Shown: positions 9,764 through 18,901 of the stretch, piece after piece
Layout of the letters: each line of letters starts with the position of its first letter
How positions within the stretch are numbered: position 1 is the stretch's first letter
Assembly (NCBI GenBank): GCA_045863195.1
Contig: BTUI01000009.1
Coordinates: forward strand, 51,951 to 115,950
DNA: 64,000 bases
Origin: Chloroflexota bacterium
GTDB lineage: Bacteria; Chloroflexota; Dehalococcoidia; UBA2979
Direction of reading: 5' to 3'
Translations under genes and position numbers: made by a program
Notes under the pieces: model-generated
Databases searched by the model: none
What the model was told of the DNA's origin: nothing
Seen by the model: only the letters and a program-made list of their open reading frames with translations

Positions 9764-9781
9764 GTCACTGCGGGCGAGGGC

Positions 9782-9928
9782 TTACGCCTTCGCGGCGCCG
9801 ATCTTGAACATGCGGGTCTTGCAGACGGGGCAGGTGCCCTCCGTCGCCGGCTTCCCATTCTTCATGGTGATCGGCGTGGGCTTCACCATCTCTCGCTTCT
9901 CACGGCACTTCAGGCAGTAGGCTTCCAC
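9782..9928 (-). CDS. 48-aa zinc-ribbon mini-protein (CxxC-x24-CxxC), not in the ORF track
   Basis: GTG start preceded by GGGAGGGA 4 nt upstream. Translation: VEAYCLKCREKREMVKPTPITMKNGKPATEGTCPVCKTRMFKIGAAKA. Lies immediately downstream of truB. Confidence 0.55.
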   Translation of the reverse strand: MEAYCLKCREKREMVKPTPITMKNGKPATEGTCPVCKTRMFKIGAAKA

Positions 9929-10037
9929 AGAATCCCTCCCATGGCGGTTGGATCCGCCGGTTGACGCCGCGAGACTGCCCCCGCCCTCTCGCGACGTGCG
10001 GTGTACCTACAGTGCTACGCGAGTGCGGGAGCCAGTG

Positions 10038-10984
10038 TCAACGCGGGCGCGACACGGGCTGAGATTGCGTCTCAGGTGGGAACACCCGGAACGGGTGCCA
10101 CAATCCGAGGCCGGTGGCGGGTTCCAGCAGGGCGATCAGGTCACCGTCCGGCCCGTAGCACCTCATCCGGGACGCCGTGGCGGGGTCCGCCGGGGCCGCT
10201 CCCGGGACGATCAGCACGTCCATCCCCTGCCGGACGCGCGCCGCCTCCCTCGCTTCGAGGGTGACCGCGGGCCAGCCGCCGAGCACGATGTCCGGTGGCT
10301 GCACCAGCCCGGCGGCCTCACCCGCCTCCAGCAGCCGCACCGCCTCGTCCAGCGGCGTCGCCTCATCGGCGAGGAACGGGCCGACCTGCGTGCGCCGCAA
10401 CTCCGCGAGGTGCGCCCCCACGCCCAGTGTCTGGCCGGCGTCGTGCGCGAGCGATCGGACATAAAACCCACGCCCGCACCGCACATCGAGGACGGCGCGC
10501 GGCCGCGACGGGTCTGACGCGTCCCACGAAACGACCTCGACGCCGTAGATCGTGACCGGGCGTTCCTCCAGGTCGAGCGGCTCACCGCGGCGGGCGGCGC
10601 TGTAGGCGGTGACGCCCGCGCGCTTCACCGCGCTGAAGGCGGGCGGGCGCTGCATGATCTCGCCGTGGAACGGCGCAAGCGCCGCCTCCACCGCCTCGCG
10701 CGTCACGCCGGAGGCATCGTGCTCCTCGGTGACCTGGCCGTCCACGTCGTAGGAGTCGGTGGCGACGCCGAAGACGACCTCCGCGAGGTAGCGCTTGCGG
10801 GCGTCCATCAGTTCATCGACGAGGCGGGTCGCCTCGCCCAGGGCGACGGGGAGGACGCCGGTGGCGTTGGGGTCCAGGGTGCCGGCGTGGCCGACCCTGC
10901 GGATGCCGGCGGCGCGCCGCACGCGGCGCACCACGTCGAAGGAGGTGATCCCCTTCGGCTTGTTGATGTTGATGAAGCCGCGCA
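10038..10984 (-). CDS. truB: tRNA pseudouridine(55) synthase TruB
   Basis: ..GHAGTLDP.. catalytic Asp motif. The open frame extends upstream of the track's start (..LRGFININKPKGITSFDVV..) with no ATG/GTG/TTG, so the start is probably a CTG at about 10984 overlapping the rbfA stop. Confidence 0.85.
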
Positions 10985-10987
10985 GGA

Positions 10988-11428
10988 CTAGAGCTCCCGG
11001 CCCTCGGAGTGGGCCACATCCCGCAACAGGCGGGTCATGCGGTCCGCTTCTTCCATCGACTCGTCGAGGACGAAGGTGAGCTGGGGGACGCGCCGCATCC
11101 GCAGTTCGTGGTTCAACTCCCGGTGGAGGAACGGCGCGGAACGGGTGAGGGCGGCGATGACCTCGGTCTTCTGGGTGTCGTCGCCCATCACGGAGACCTT
11201 CACGCGCGCGTGGGCCAGGTCCGGGGAGACGTCCACCTCCGTGAAGGAGAAGAACGCGCCGTCCAGGCCGCGGTCTTTGACCCGCAGCCGCACCACGTCC
11301 GCCAGGGCGGCCTGGATGACGTCTCCGACCTTCTCCGTCCGCCTGCTCAGCGCACCTGCTCCATGTGGTGGGTCAGGATCTGGTCGCCCTCTTCGAACCC
11401 GTCGAAGTTGGAGATCATGATGCCGCAC
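10988..11428 (-). CDS. rbfA: ribosome-binding factor A
   Basis: SRRTEKVGDVIQAALADVV..DGAFFSFTEVDVSPDL.. matches the RbfA KH-like fold. The annotated ATG would overlap infB by 82 nt, so the real start is probably near 11350 (non-ATG). Confidence 0.8.
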   Translation of the reverse strand: MRHHDLQLRRVRRGRPDPDPPHGAGALSRRTEKVGDVIQAALADVVRLRVKDRGLDGAFFSFTEVDVSPDLAHARVKVSVMGDDTQKTEVIAALTRSAPFLHRELNHELRMRRVPQLTFVLDESMEEADRMTRLLRDVAHSEGREL

Positions 11429-13125
11429 TCCAGGCCGGCGTTGACCTCGCGCGCGTCCTCGTTCAGGCGCTTCAGCGACTCGATGATGCCCTCGTGGATC
11501 ACCTTGCCACCGCGCATGACGCGGCAGCGGGAGCCGCGGGTGACGCTGCCCTCGCGCACGTAGGAGCCGGCGATGGCGTTGCGGCGGCTGACGCGGAAAA
11601 TCTGGCGGACCTCCACCATGCCGTCCTGGACCTCCTTGTAGATGGGCTCCAGGAGGCCCTTCACGGCCTTCTCCACGTCCTCGATGATGTCGTAGATGAT
11701 CCGGTAATCGCGGATCTCGATCTTCTCGTGGTCCGCCAAGCGGCGCGCGCCCGGCTCCGTCGTCACGTTGAAGGCGACGATGACGCCCTTCGAGGCGACC
11801 GCGAGCTGCACGTCCGACTCCGTCACGGAGCCGACCGAGGCGTGGATCACGCGGACGTTGACCTCGTCCACGCTTAGTTCCTCGAGCGACTGCACGAGCG
11901 GGTCGATGGAGCCCTGGACGTCCGTCTTCAGGATCAGGTTGAAGTCGGTGACGTTGCCCTTGTGGATCTCGCCGAAGAGCGAGTCCAGGGTGACGCCGGT
12001 GGCCTGCTGCTGCCCGGCCGCGATCGCGCGCTCGCGGGTGTCCGCCTCCGCGCGCGCTTCCTTTTCGTTCTTGCGGACGACGAAGCGCTCGCCCGCCGGG
12101 GGCACGTCGTTCAGGCCGAGGATCTCGACCGGCGTGCTCGGGCCGGCCTCCGCCAGCCGCTGGCCGGAGGCGTCCGTCATCGCCTTCACGCGCCCGTAGG
12201 CGAGGCCGGCGAGGATCGTGTCGCCGGCGCGCAGCGTGCCGGTCTGGACGAGGACGGTGGCGACGACGCCGCGGTGGCGGTCCGTCTTCGCCTCCAGCAC
12301 CACGCCCACAGCGTCCTGGTCCGGGTTGGCGCGGAGGTCCTGCAGTTCGGCGACGACCTGCACGTTCTCCAGCAGCGTGTCGATGCCCTCGCCCTTCAGG
12401 GCGGAGATCGGGACGACGATCTGGTCGCCGCCGTACGCCTCCGGCACCAGCCCGACCTCGGTCAGTTGCTGCATGACGCGGTCCACATTGGCGTTGTTGG
12501 CGTCGATCTTGTTGACCGCGATCACCATCGGCACCTGCGCGGCCTTCACGTGGGCGAACGCCTCGCGCGTCTGCTGCATGATGCCGTCGTCCGCGGCGAC
12601 CACGATGATCGCCACGTCCGTGACCATGGCGCCGCGCGCCCGCATCTGGGAGAAGGCCTGGTGGCCGGGGGTGTCGATGAACGTGATCAGGCGGCCGTCC
12701 GGGCCCTTCGCCTGGTACGCACCGATGTGCTGCGTGATGCCGCCGGCCTCGCCGCCGGCGACGTTCGCGTGACGGATGCGGTCCAGCAGCGTGGTCTTGC
12801 CGTGGTCGACGTGGCCGAGCACCGTGACGACCGCCGGGCGGGGCGCCAGCCCGGCGCCCTCCTCCACGATGCGGAGCGTGCGAGGCGCGTCCGGGGACGC
12901 GTCCGCTTCCGCAGCCGGCGCTGCGGTCTCGAACTCCTCCGGGGAGAAGCCCAGGTCGGCGGCGACGATGGCGGCGGTGTCGAAGTCGATGGTCTGCGTG
13001 ATGGTGGCCATCACGCCGTTCTTCATCAGTTCCTTGATGATGTCGATGGCGGTGACGCCGAGGAGCTCAGCGAGCTCGCCGACGACGATGGCCGGGGGGA
13101 TCCTCACGACCTGCTGGTTCGTCAT
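11347..13125 (-). CDS. infB: translation initiation factor IF-2 (short form, 592 aa, no long N-terminal domain)
   Basis: G-domain GHVDHGKTTLLD, DTPGH, NKID; C-terminal beta-barrels. Confidence 0.95.
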   Translation of the reverse strand: MTNQQVVRIPPAIVVGELAELLGVTAIDIIKELMKNGVMATITQTIDFDTAAIVAADLGFSPEEFETAAPAAEADASPDAPRTLRIVEEGAGLAPRPAVVTVLGHVDHGKTTLLDRIRHANVAGGEAGGITQHIGAYQAKGPDGRLITFIDTPGHQAFSQMRARGAMVTDVAIIVVAADDGIMQQTREAFAHVKAAQVPMVIAVNKIDANNANVDRVMQQLTEVGLVPEAYGGDQIVVPISALKGEGIDTLLENVQVVAELQDLRANPDQDAVGVVLEAKTDRHRGVVATVLVQTGTLRAGDTILAGLAYGRVKAMTDASGQRLAEAGPSTPVEILGLNDVPPAGERFVVRKNEKEARAEADTRERAIAAGQQQATGVTLDSLFGEIHKGNVTDFNLILKTDVQGSIDPLVQSLEELSVDEVNVRVIHASVGSVTESDVQLAVASKGVIVAFNVTTEPGARRLADHEKIEIRDYRIIYDIIEDVEKAVKGLLEPIYKEVQDGMVEVRQIFRVSRRNAIAGSYVREGSVTRGSRCRVMRGGKVIHEGIIESLKRLNEDAREVNAGLECGIMISNFDGFEEGDQILTHHMEQVR

Positions 13126-13478
13126 GCGTCGCCTTCTCTCTCGTCGCCGCCGGTGCGGTCGGCGTCGTCTGTCTGCGTGGTGAAGCGCTCGGCGTGGGCC
13201 AGCAGGGCCGCGCGGTCCGCTTCGGTGATGGTGGCGCGCAGGCTGGCCGCCAGCGCGCCCTTCAATGCCCGGGTCCAGCAGGAGGCCTGCCGGCAGAGGT
13301 AGGCACCGCGCCCAGGGGCACGTCGCCGGCCTTCGTCGACGACGACCGGGCCTTCGGGCGACCGGACGAGGCGGACGAAGGAGGACTGGTCACCGCTTCG
13401 CCGGCACGCCACGCAGGTGCGCTGCGGAGCGGGCCGGTCGGTCCCGGGCCTAGTAGTCGTCCTCGTCGTCGCCCTCAT
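13122..13478 (-). CDS. ylxR: YlxR/DUF448 family protein (nusA-infB operon RNA-binding protein)
   Basis: RTCVACR..FVRLV..GRGAYLC..C pattern; sits between nusA and infB. ATGA overlap with the infB start. Confidence 0.8.
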   Translation of the reverse strand: MRATTRTTTRPGTDRPAPQRTCVACRRSGDQSSFVRLVRSPEGPVVVDEGRRRAPGRGAYLCRQASCWTRALKGALAASLRATITEADRAALLAHAERFTTQTDDADRTGGDEREGDA

Positions 13479-15081
13479 CGTCGTCCAGGAAGTCGTCGCC
13501 CTTCAGCGCGGCTTCGATCTCCTCGTCGTCGACCTCGAACCGACGGCCAGCGCCACCGCGCTGCGGGCCAGCGGCACGCACGCGCTGGGCCGGGCCGGGC
13601 CGGCGCGCCTTGCGCTTCGCCGCCGCACCGCGCCGGAGCGCGTCCGGGTCTTCTTCTTCGATGCGCAGTTCGCCGATCTCCTCGGCGAAGCGGAGGCCGG
13701 TGGGGGACTCGCGCTCGCGGCGCGGGGCCGCCGGCGTCTCGACCGCGGGGGCCGCCGCCACCGGCTCCTCGTCCTCCTCCACGAACGCCGCCAGCACCTC
13801 CTGCTCGGGGGTGAGGCGCACGTCCTCCTCTTCCTCCTCGTGCTTCGGCGCGACGGGGCGAGGCGTGAGCGGGGCGCGCTCGCCGGGCAGGCCCGGGCGG
13901 GCGTAGGCCGCCTGGGATGGCGCGACGATGTCCGGTAGCGGGGCAACCTCCGCGGCCGCGGCCGCAGCGCGCTCCACCGGGATCGCGTCCATGTTCGGCT
14001 CCGGGGGCGGGTAGAGGTCGTCCCCGGCGGAGATGACCGCGCTCTCCGCGCGGATGTCGATGCGGCGGCCGGTCAACTGGGCGGCCAGGCGGGCGTTCTG
14101 CCCCTCCTTGCCGATCGCCAGGCTCAACTGCTTGTCCGGCACGGCGAGGAACGCGGTGTTGGTGTCCCGGTCGATGCGGACGGAGACGACCTCCGCCGGG
14201 CTCAGGGCGTTGGCGACGTACGCCTCCTCCACCGGGTCCCAGCGGATGATGTCCAGGCGCTCGCCGCCCAGTTCGTTCACGATGTTCTGGATGCGCGAGC
14301 CGCGCACGCCCACGCACGCACCGATCGGGTCGATGCCGTGCTGGCGGGAGATGACCGCGATCTTCGCGCGGTGGCCGGCGTCACGGGCGATGCCCATGAT
14401 CTCGACCGCGCCGCGCGCGATCTCCGGGATCTCGAGTTCGAACAACCGCCGCAGCAGGTTCGGGTGGGAGCGGGAGACCACGACCTGCGGGCCCTTGGAG
14501 GCCTTGTAGACCTCCTTCACGTACACGCGCAGGCGCTGGCCCACGCGGTAGTGCTCCGCGCGGACCTGCTCCGCGGACGGCAGGACGGCCTCCGTGCGGC
14601 CCAGGTCCAGGATCACCTGGCGGCGGCCGCCCTCTACGCGCAGCACCGTGCCGGAGACGAGTTCGCCTTCCTTGCCGGTGAAGTCCTCGAAGACCGACTC
14701 GCGCTCCGCCTCGCGCAGGCGCTGCAGCACGACCTGCTTCGCGGTCTGCGCGGCGATGCGCCCGGCCTGCGCCGAGGCCTGCACCTCCTCGAGGACGAAG
14801 TCGCCGACCTTCTTGCCCGGGAAGCCCATGGCGGCGGCGCGCTCCGGCGAGACCTGGATCTCGTCGTCCTCGATGTCGTCGTCGTTCATGACCTCGTACT
14901 GGCGGAAGTACTTGATGTCACCGGAGTCCCGGTTGATCTGGACCTTCACGTCCGCGTACTGCAGGTCGTCCTTCTTGAGCGCGGACGCCATGGCGGCTTC
15001 GACCGCGGCGAACACCGTTGCCGTGTCGAGGTTCTTCTCCGCCGACAACTGGCTGATGGCGATCACGAACTCGTTCTTCAT
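13450..15081 (-). CDS. nusA: transcription termination/antitermination factor NusA with a long acidic Ala/Pro-rich C-terminal extension
   Basis: MKNEFV..; S1 and KH domains; C-terminal ..DDEGDDEDDY tail. Confidence 0.95.
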   Translation of the reverse strand: MKNEFVIAISQLSAEKNLDTATVFAAVEAAMASALKKDDLQYADVKVQINRDSGDIKYFRQYEVMNDDDIEDDEIQVSPERAAAMGFPGKKVGDFVLEEVQASAQAGRIAAQTAKQVVLQRLREAERESVFEDFTGKEGELVSGTVLRVEGGRRQVILDLGRTEAVLPSAEQVRAEHYRVGQRLRVYVKEVYKASKGPQVVVSRSHPNLLRRLFELEIPEIARGAVEIMGIARDAGHRAKIAVISRQHGIDPIGACVGVRGSRIQNIVNELGGERLDIIRWDPVEEAYVANALSPAEVVSVRIDRDTNTAFLAVPDKQLSLAIGKEGQNARLAAQLTGRRIDIRAESAVISAGDDLYPPPEPNMDAIPVERAAAAAAEVAPLPDIVAPSQAAYARPGLPGERAPLTPRPVAPKHEEEEEDVRLTPEQEVLAAFVEEDEEPVAAAPAVETPAAPRRERESPTGLRFAEEIGELRIEEEDPDALRRGAAAKRKARRPGPAQRVRAAGPQRGGAGRRFEVDDEEIEAALKGDDFLDDDEGDDEDDY

Positions 15082-15149
15082 TCGGTCATCCGTACCCGGG
15101 GGGTGCTCCCGGCTGCGCGGGCCGCCGACACGGCTACCCGGTGCGACTC

Positions 15150-15178
15150 AACAAAAAACGTGGGCACCGGGCCCACGT
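15150..15178 (-). terminator. GC-rich hairpin plus U6 tract in the nusA 5' leader (candidate attenuator / intrinsic terminator)
   Basis: The minus-strand RNA reads ACGUGGGC-CCGGU-GCCCACGU followed by UUUUUUGUU, about 70 nt upstream of the nusA ATG. No rimP gene lies in between. Confidence 0.5.
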
Positions 15179-15319
15179 CTCGATGAGAGGCGCTGCGAGG
15201 AACATCGTACCAGTCTTACCGCGCTGCCCTCAAGCATTCCGGACACCGGCCGATGATCCCCGTATCCCACCGGCGCGCCCTGTGCGCCGCCGCGTCTGGA
15301 TCGAGGAAGGCAGCCGCCC

Positions 15320-16543
15320 GTGCGACGCGTCTACCTGGACGACCCGCTCGTGGAGGGCGCCACCCTGGCCCGCGACATCGTCGGGCCCGGCGGCGACCCG
15401 ATCGCCCGCGCCGGGCACCGCCTGGCCGGGCGCGCGCTCCGGGCGCTGGCGGAGCGGGGCGCCACCGTCTGCTACGTGGAGGACGAGGCTGGCGCCGGCG
15501 TGGACGCGGCCCCGCTCCCCGACCACCCGGCCGTGGAGGCCACCCGGAACGCCCTGTCGGAGTTGTGCCGCGTCCTTGCGCGCGACCTCGGGCCCCTCCA
15601 GCGCCACCCCACCTCCCGGGCGTTGGAGGAGATCAAGAACGCGCGGCCGTTGAAGACGGCGGCGTTCGCGCTGGACGGCGTCCGGGCCACCGCGCCCGCG
15701 TTGGCTGGCGCCGCACGGAATGTGTCCGGCGCGGCCGGGCTCCTGTTCGACCGCCATCCCACCGATGACCTGGTGGGGCACTCCGTCCACGTTGCCGTCA
15801 TCGCCGGCCGCCTCGGCGCGGCGATCGGCTTCTCCGAGAACGACCTGGCGACGACGGTGTTCGCGGCCCTGCTCCACGACCTCGGCCTGCTGGCCGTGCC
15901 GGACGAGGTCCGGCGGACGCCCGAGGCGCGGCGGAGCCCCGCGGAGCAGCGGCGGTGGGAGGACCACACGCTCCTGGGCGAGATGATCCTCGGCCCGGCC
16001 TCGCTCCGCACGCCAGCGGTGCCGATCGTCGCGGTCGAGCACCACGAGTCGCAGAACGGCGCCGGGTTCCCGCGCGGCCTGACCGGCGGCAACCGCATCC
16101 TGCGAGCCGCGGAGCACGCCGCCGACCGCACCCGCATCGCCCTGGTCTCCGAGGTCATCGCCACGGCCGACCGCTACGAGCGCCTGGTGGCGCCGGCCGT
16201 GGGGACACGGCCGCTCAGCGCCGCGGCCGCACGCACCGTGCTCACCGTGGAAGCCGGCGCGGTGCTGAACGCGGAGGTGGTGGCGCGCATGCTCGATGTG
16301 ATCCCGGCGTGGCCGCTGGGGAGCGAGGTGCGGCTGCACGGCGGTGAGCATGACGGCGCGCACGCGGTGGTCACGGGCTTCGACGCACGGCTCCCCGAGC
16401 GTCCAGCGGTGCGCGTCTTCGCGGACGCCTCGCGACGCCCGGTGGAGCCGGTCGACCTGGACCTGCGCGAGGCGCCGGCGCTGATGCTGGAGCCGGTCGA
16501 CCTGCCCTCGCAGGCGCCGGGTCTCGCGGCGGGACGCGCCTAG
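15320..16543 (+). CDS. HD-GYP domain protein (metal-dependent phosphohydrolase, c-di-GMP PDE family)
   Basis: LHDLG (HD) and VEHHESQNGAGFPRGL (HHExxDGxGYP-like) motifs; GTG start. Confidence 0.7.
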   Translation: MRRVYLDDPLVEGATLARDIVGPGGDPIARAGHRLAGRALRALAERGATVCYVEDEAGAGVDAAPLPDHPAVEATRNALSELCRVLARDLGPLQRHPTSRALEEIKNARPLKTAAFALDGVRATAPALAGAARNVSGAAGLLFDRHPTDDLVGHSVHVAVIAGRLGAAIGFSENDLATTVFAALLHDLGLLAVPDEVRRTPEARRSPAEQRRWEDHTLLGEMILGPASLRTPAVPIVAVEHHESQNGAGFPRGLTGGNRILRAAEHAADRTRIALVSEVIATADRYERLVAPAVGTRPLSAAAARTVLTVEAGAVLNAEVVARMLDVIPAWPLGSEVRLHGGEHDGAHAVVTGFDARLPERPAVRVFADASRRPVEPVDLDLREAPALMLEPVDLPSQAPGLAAGRA

Positions 16544-18312
16544 CGGGCGCGGGCCCGGCGCTCCGCGGCGTCCACCGTCAGCGCCTCGATCAGCCCGCGC
16601 TTCGCCGCCAGCACGCGTTCGACCACCTCCGCGCGCGGCAGGTTCTCGCCCTCGCCCGTGGCGCGCACCTTGAACTCGACGACGCCTGCCGCCGTGTTGC
16701 GGCTGGAGACGGTGAGGCGCAGCGGCATGCCGATCAGGTCGGCGTCGTTGAACTTCACGCCCGGTCGCTCGTCGCGGTCGTCGAAGATCACCTGCAGCCC
16801 GGCGGCGCGCAGCTCGTCGTAGAGCGCTTCCGCATCCGCGCGTGCCGCCTCGTCACGGTCGAGCCCAATGCCCACCATGTGCACGTCGTACGGCGCGATC
16901 GAGGCGGGCCAGCAGATGCCGGCGTCGTCATGGTTCGCCTCCACCGCGGCGGAGAGCACGCGCTCCACGCCGATGCCGTAGCAGCCCATTGTGGGCATGA
17001 CCTGGCCGCCGTCCTGGCCGAGGACGTTCACGTTGAACGCCTTCGTGTAGACGTACTGCAGGCGGAAGACGTGGCCCATCTCGATGCCGCGGGAGGACTG
17101 GAGCGTGCCGCCGCAGCGGGCGCAGCCATGCCCGGCGCGCGCGCTCGCGATGTCCGCCACCGGTGCCTGCCAGTCCCGCCCGAAGTTCACGTTGCGCAGG
17201 TGCCAGCCGGGCCGGTTCGCGCCGGCCACGAGGTTCGGCGACCCCTCGAGCGAGAGGTCCGCGATCACGCGCACGCCGTCACGCACGCCGATCGGCGAGG
17301 CGTAGCCGGCGACCAGCCCGTACTCCGCCACCTCCGCGTCCAGCATCGGCCGCAGGTCGACGTTGCCGCCGAGCGCGTTCATCAACTTGACCTCGTTCAC
17401 CTCGAGGTCGCCGCGCACCACGGCGAAGACGGGCGTGCCGCGCTTGCCGTCCTTCGGCGTCGCCATCATGAAGACGGCCTTCGCCGTCTGCTTCGGCTCG
17501 ATCCCGAGGAACGCGGCGAGGTCCTCGATGGTGGTGACGCCGGGCGTCTCGACCTCCTCGGTCGGGAGCGGCTCACCCGCGACGGCGGTGGGGCGGACGA
17601 ATTCCGCCTTCTCGGTGTTCGCCGCGTAGTCGCAGGAGTCGCAGTAGACGATCGTGTCCTCGCCGTACTCGGTGAAGAAGATGAACTCCTGCGACCCCTT
17701 GCCGCCGATGGCGCCGGAGTCAGCCTCCACCGCCACCGTCGGCACGCCGCAGCGCGCGAAGATGCGGCGGTACGCCTGGAACATCGCCGCGTAGGAGCGG
17801 TCGAGGCCGGCGTCGTCCGCGTCGAAGGAGTAGGCGTCCTTCATCGTGAACTCGCGCACGCGCACCAGGCCCCCGCGGGGGCGAGCCTCGTCGCGGAACT
17901 TCCGCTGCAGCTGGTACAGGGTGGCGGGCAGGTCGCGGTAGGACTGGGCGTGGTCCTGGAAGAGGCGCGTCACGACCTCCTCGTGCGTCGGCCCCAGGGC
18001 CAGGCCGCGCTCGCGGCGGTCGCGGAGGTGGAAGAGCACGTCGCCCAGGGCGGCCTCGCGGCCGGACTGCTCCCAGAGTTCGACCGGCTGCAGCGCGGGG
18101 AGGTACACCTCCTGCGCGCCGGCGGCGTCCATCTCCTCGCGGATGACCTGCTCGATCTTCAGGCGCGCGCGGTTGCCCAGCGGCAGGAAGGAGTAGACGC
18201 CCGACATCAACTGGTCGATGTACCCGCCGCGCAGCAGCAGGCCGTGGGCCGGCGTCTCCGCCTCGTTGGGGAACTCGCGCAGGGTGTGGCCGAACAGTCG
18301 TGACATTCGCAT
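16540..18312 (-). CDS. proS: proline--tRNA ligase (bacterial type with INS editing domain)
   Basis: Class II aaRS motifs; 590 aa; MRMSRLFGHTLREFP start. Confidence 0.95.
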   Translation of the reverse strand: MRMSRLFGHTLREFPNEAETPAHGLLLRGGYIDQLMSGVYSFLPLGNRARLKIEQVIREEMDAAGAQEVYLPALQPVELWEQSGREAALGDVLFHLRDRRERGLALGPTHEEVVTRLFQDHAQSYRDLPATLYQLQRKFRDEARPRGGLVRVREFTMKDAYSFDADDAGLDRSYAAMFQAYRRIFARCGVPTVAVEADSGAIGGKGSQEFIFFTEYGEDTIVYCDSCDYAANTEKAEFVRPTAVAGEPLPTEEVETPGVTTIEDLAAFLGIEPKQTAKAVFMMATPKDGKRGTPVFAVVRGDLEVNEVKLMNALGGNVDLRPMLDAEVAEYGLVAGYASPIGVRDGVRVIADLSLEGSPNLVAGANRPGWHLRNVNFGRDWQAPVADIASARAGHGCARCGGTLQSSRGIEMGHVFRLQYVYTKAFNVNVLGQDGGQVMPTMGCYGIGVERVLSAAVEANHDDAGICWPASIAPYDVHMVGIGLDRDEAARADAEALYDELRAAGLQVIFDDRDERPGVKFNDADLIGMPLRLTVSSRNTAAGVVEFKVRATGEGENLPRAEVVERVLAAKRGLIEALTVDAAERRARAR

Positions 18313-18391
18313 GGGCGTGAGTCTACGTTCGGGCCGGTGAGCGGGCTAGGGAGCGCTCCCTCCAGTACGCTCGATCCGAGGAGCAGCGCGC

Positions 18392-18883
18392 ATGACCGAC
18401 ACCACCGAGGCGACCGCGAACCCGCCCGTCCCGCCCTCCCGGCGGCCGCGCGACGAGTTCGGGCGGCCGTTGCCGGCCGGCTCAGCGAGCCGCCTCGCGC
18501 TCCCCGACTTCGACGCCATGACGATGGACGTGGCCCACCTGGAGGCGATCCGCCTCTTCGACGAGGGCAACTACTTCGGCGCGCACGAGGCGTGGGAGAC
18601 GTGCTGGGCGCTCAGCAAGGACAGCCACGAGGAGGAGTTCTTCAAGGGGCTGGCGCAACTGGGCGCGGGGTACACCCACTGGATGCGCGGCAACGCGCAC
18701 GGCGTGGTCGCGCTCCTCGGGCGCGCGCTCGACCGCATCGGCCTCATGGGGTCGCCGTACGGTGGCGTGGACATCGAGGCGTTCATCGCACAGGTGTCGG
18801 AGGTGCGGGCGCTGGCGCAGGGCGCGGAGGCCGCCGGCGCGCCGCTCCCCAATCTTCCTCGACGCCCCGTCCCGCGCGCCTGA
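18392..18883 (+). CDS. DUF309-domain protein
   Basis: ..LFDEGNYFGAHEAWETCW..FFKGLAQLGAGYTHWMRGN.. is the DUF309 signature. Confidence 0.6.
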   Translation: MTDTTEATANPPVPPSRRPRDEFGRPLPAGSASRLALPDFDAMTMDVAHLEAIRLFDEGNYFGAHEAWETCWALSKDSHEEEFFKGLAQLGAGYTHWMRGNAHGVVALLGRALDRIGLMGSPYGGVDIEAFIAQVSEVRALAQGAEAAGAPLPNLPRRPVPRA

Positions 18884-18901
18884 CGGAGGCGGTCGACCGG
18901 G

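Noticed and set aside
10058-10074. Hairpin CTGAGA-TTGCG-TCTCAG near the truB 3' end
   Set aside because: Lies inside the truB coding sequence, so it is not an intergenic terminator.
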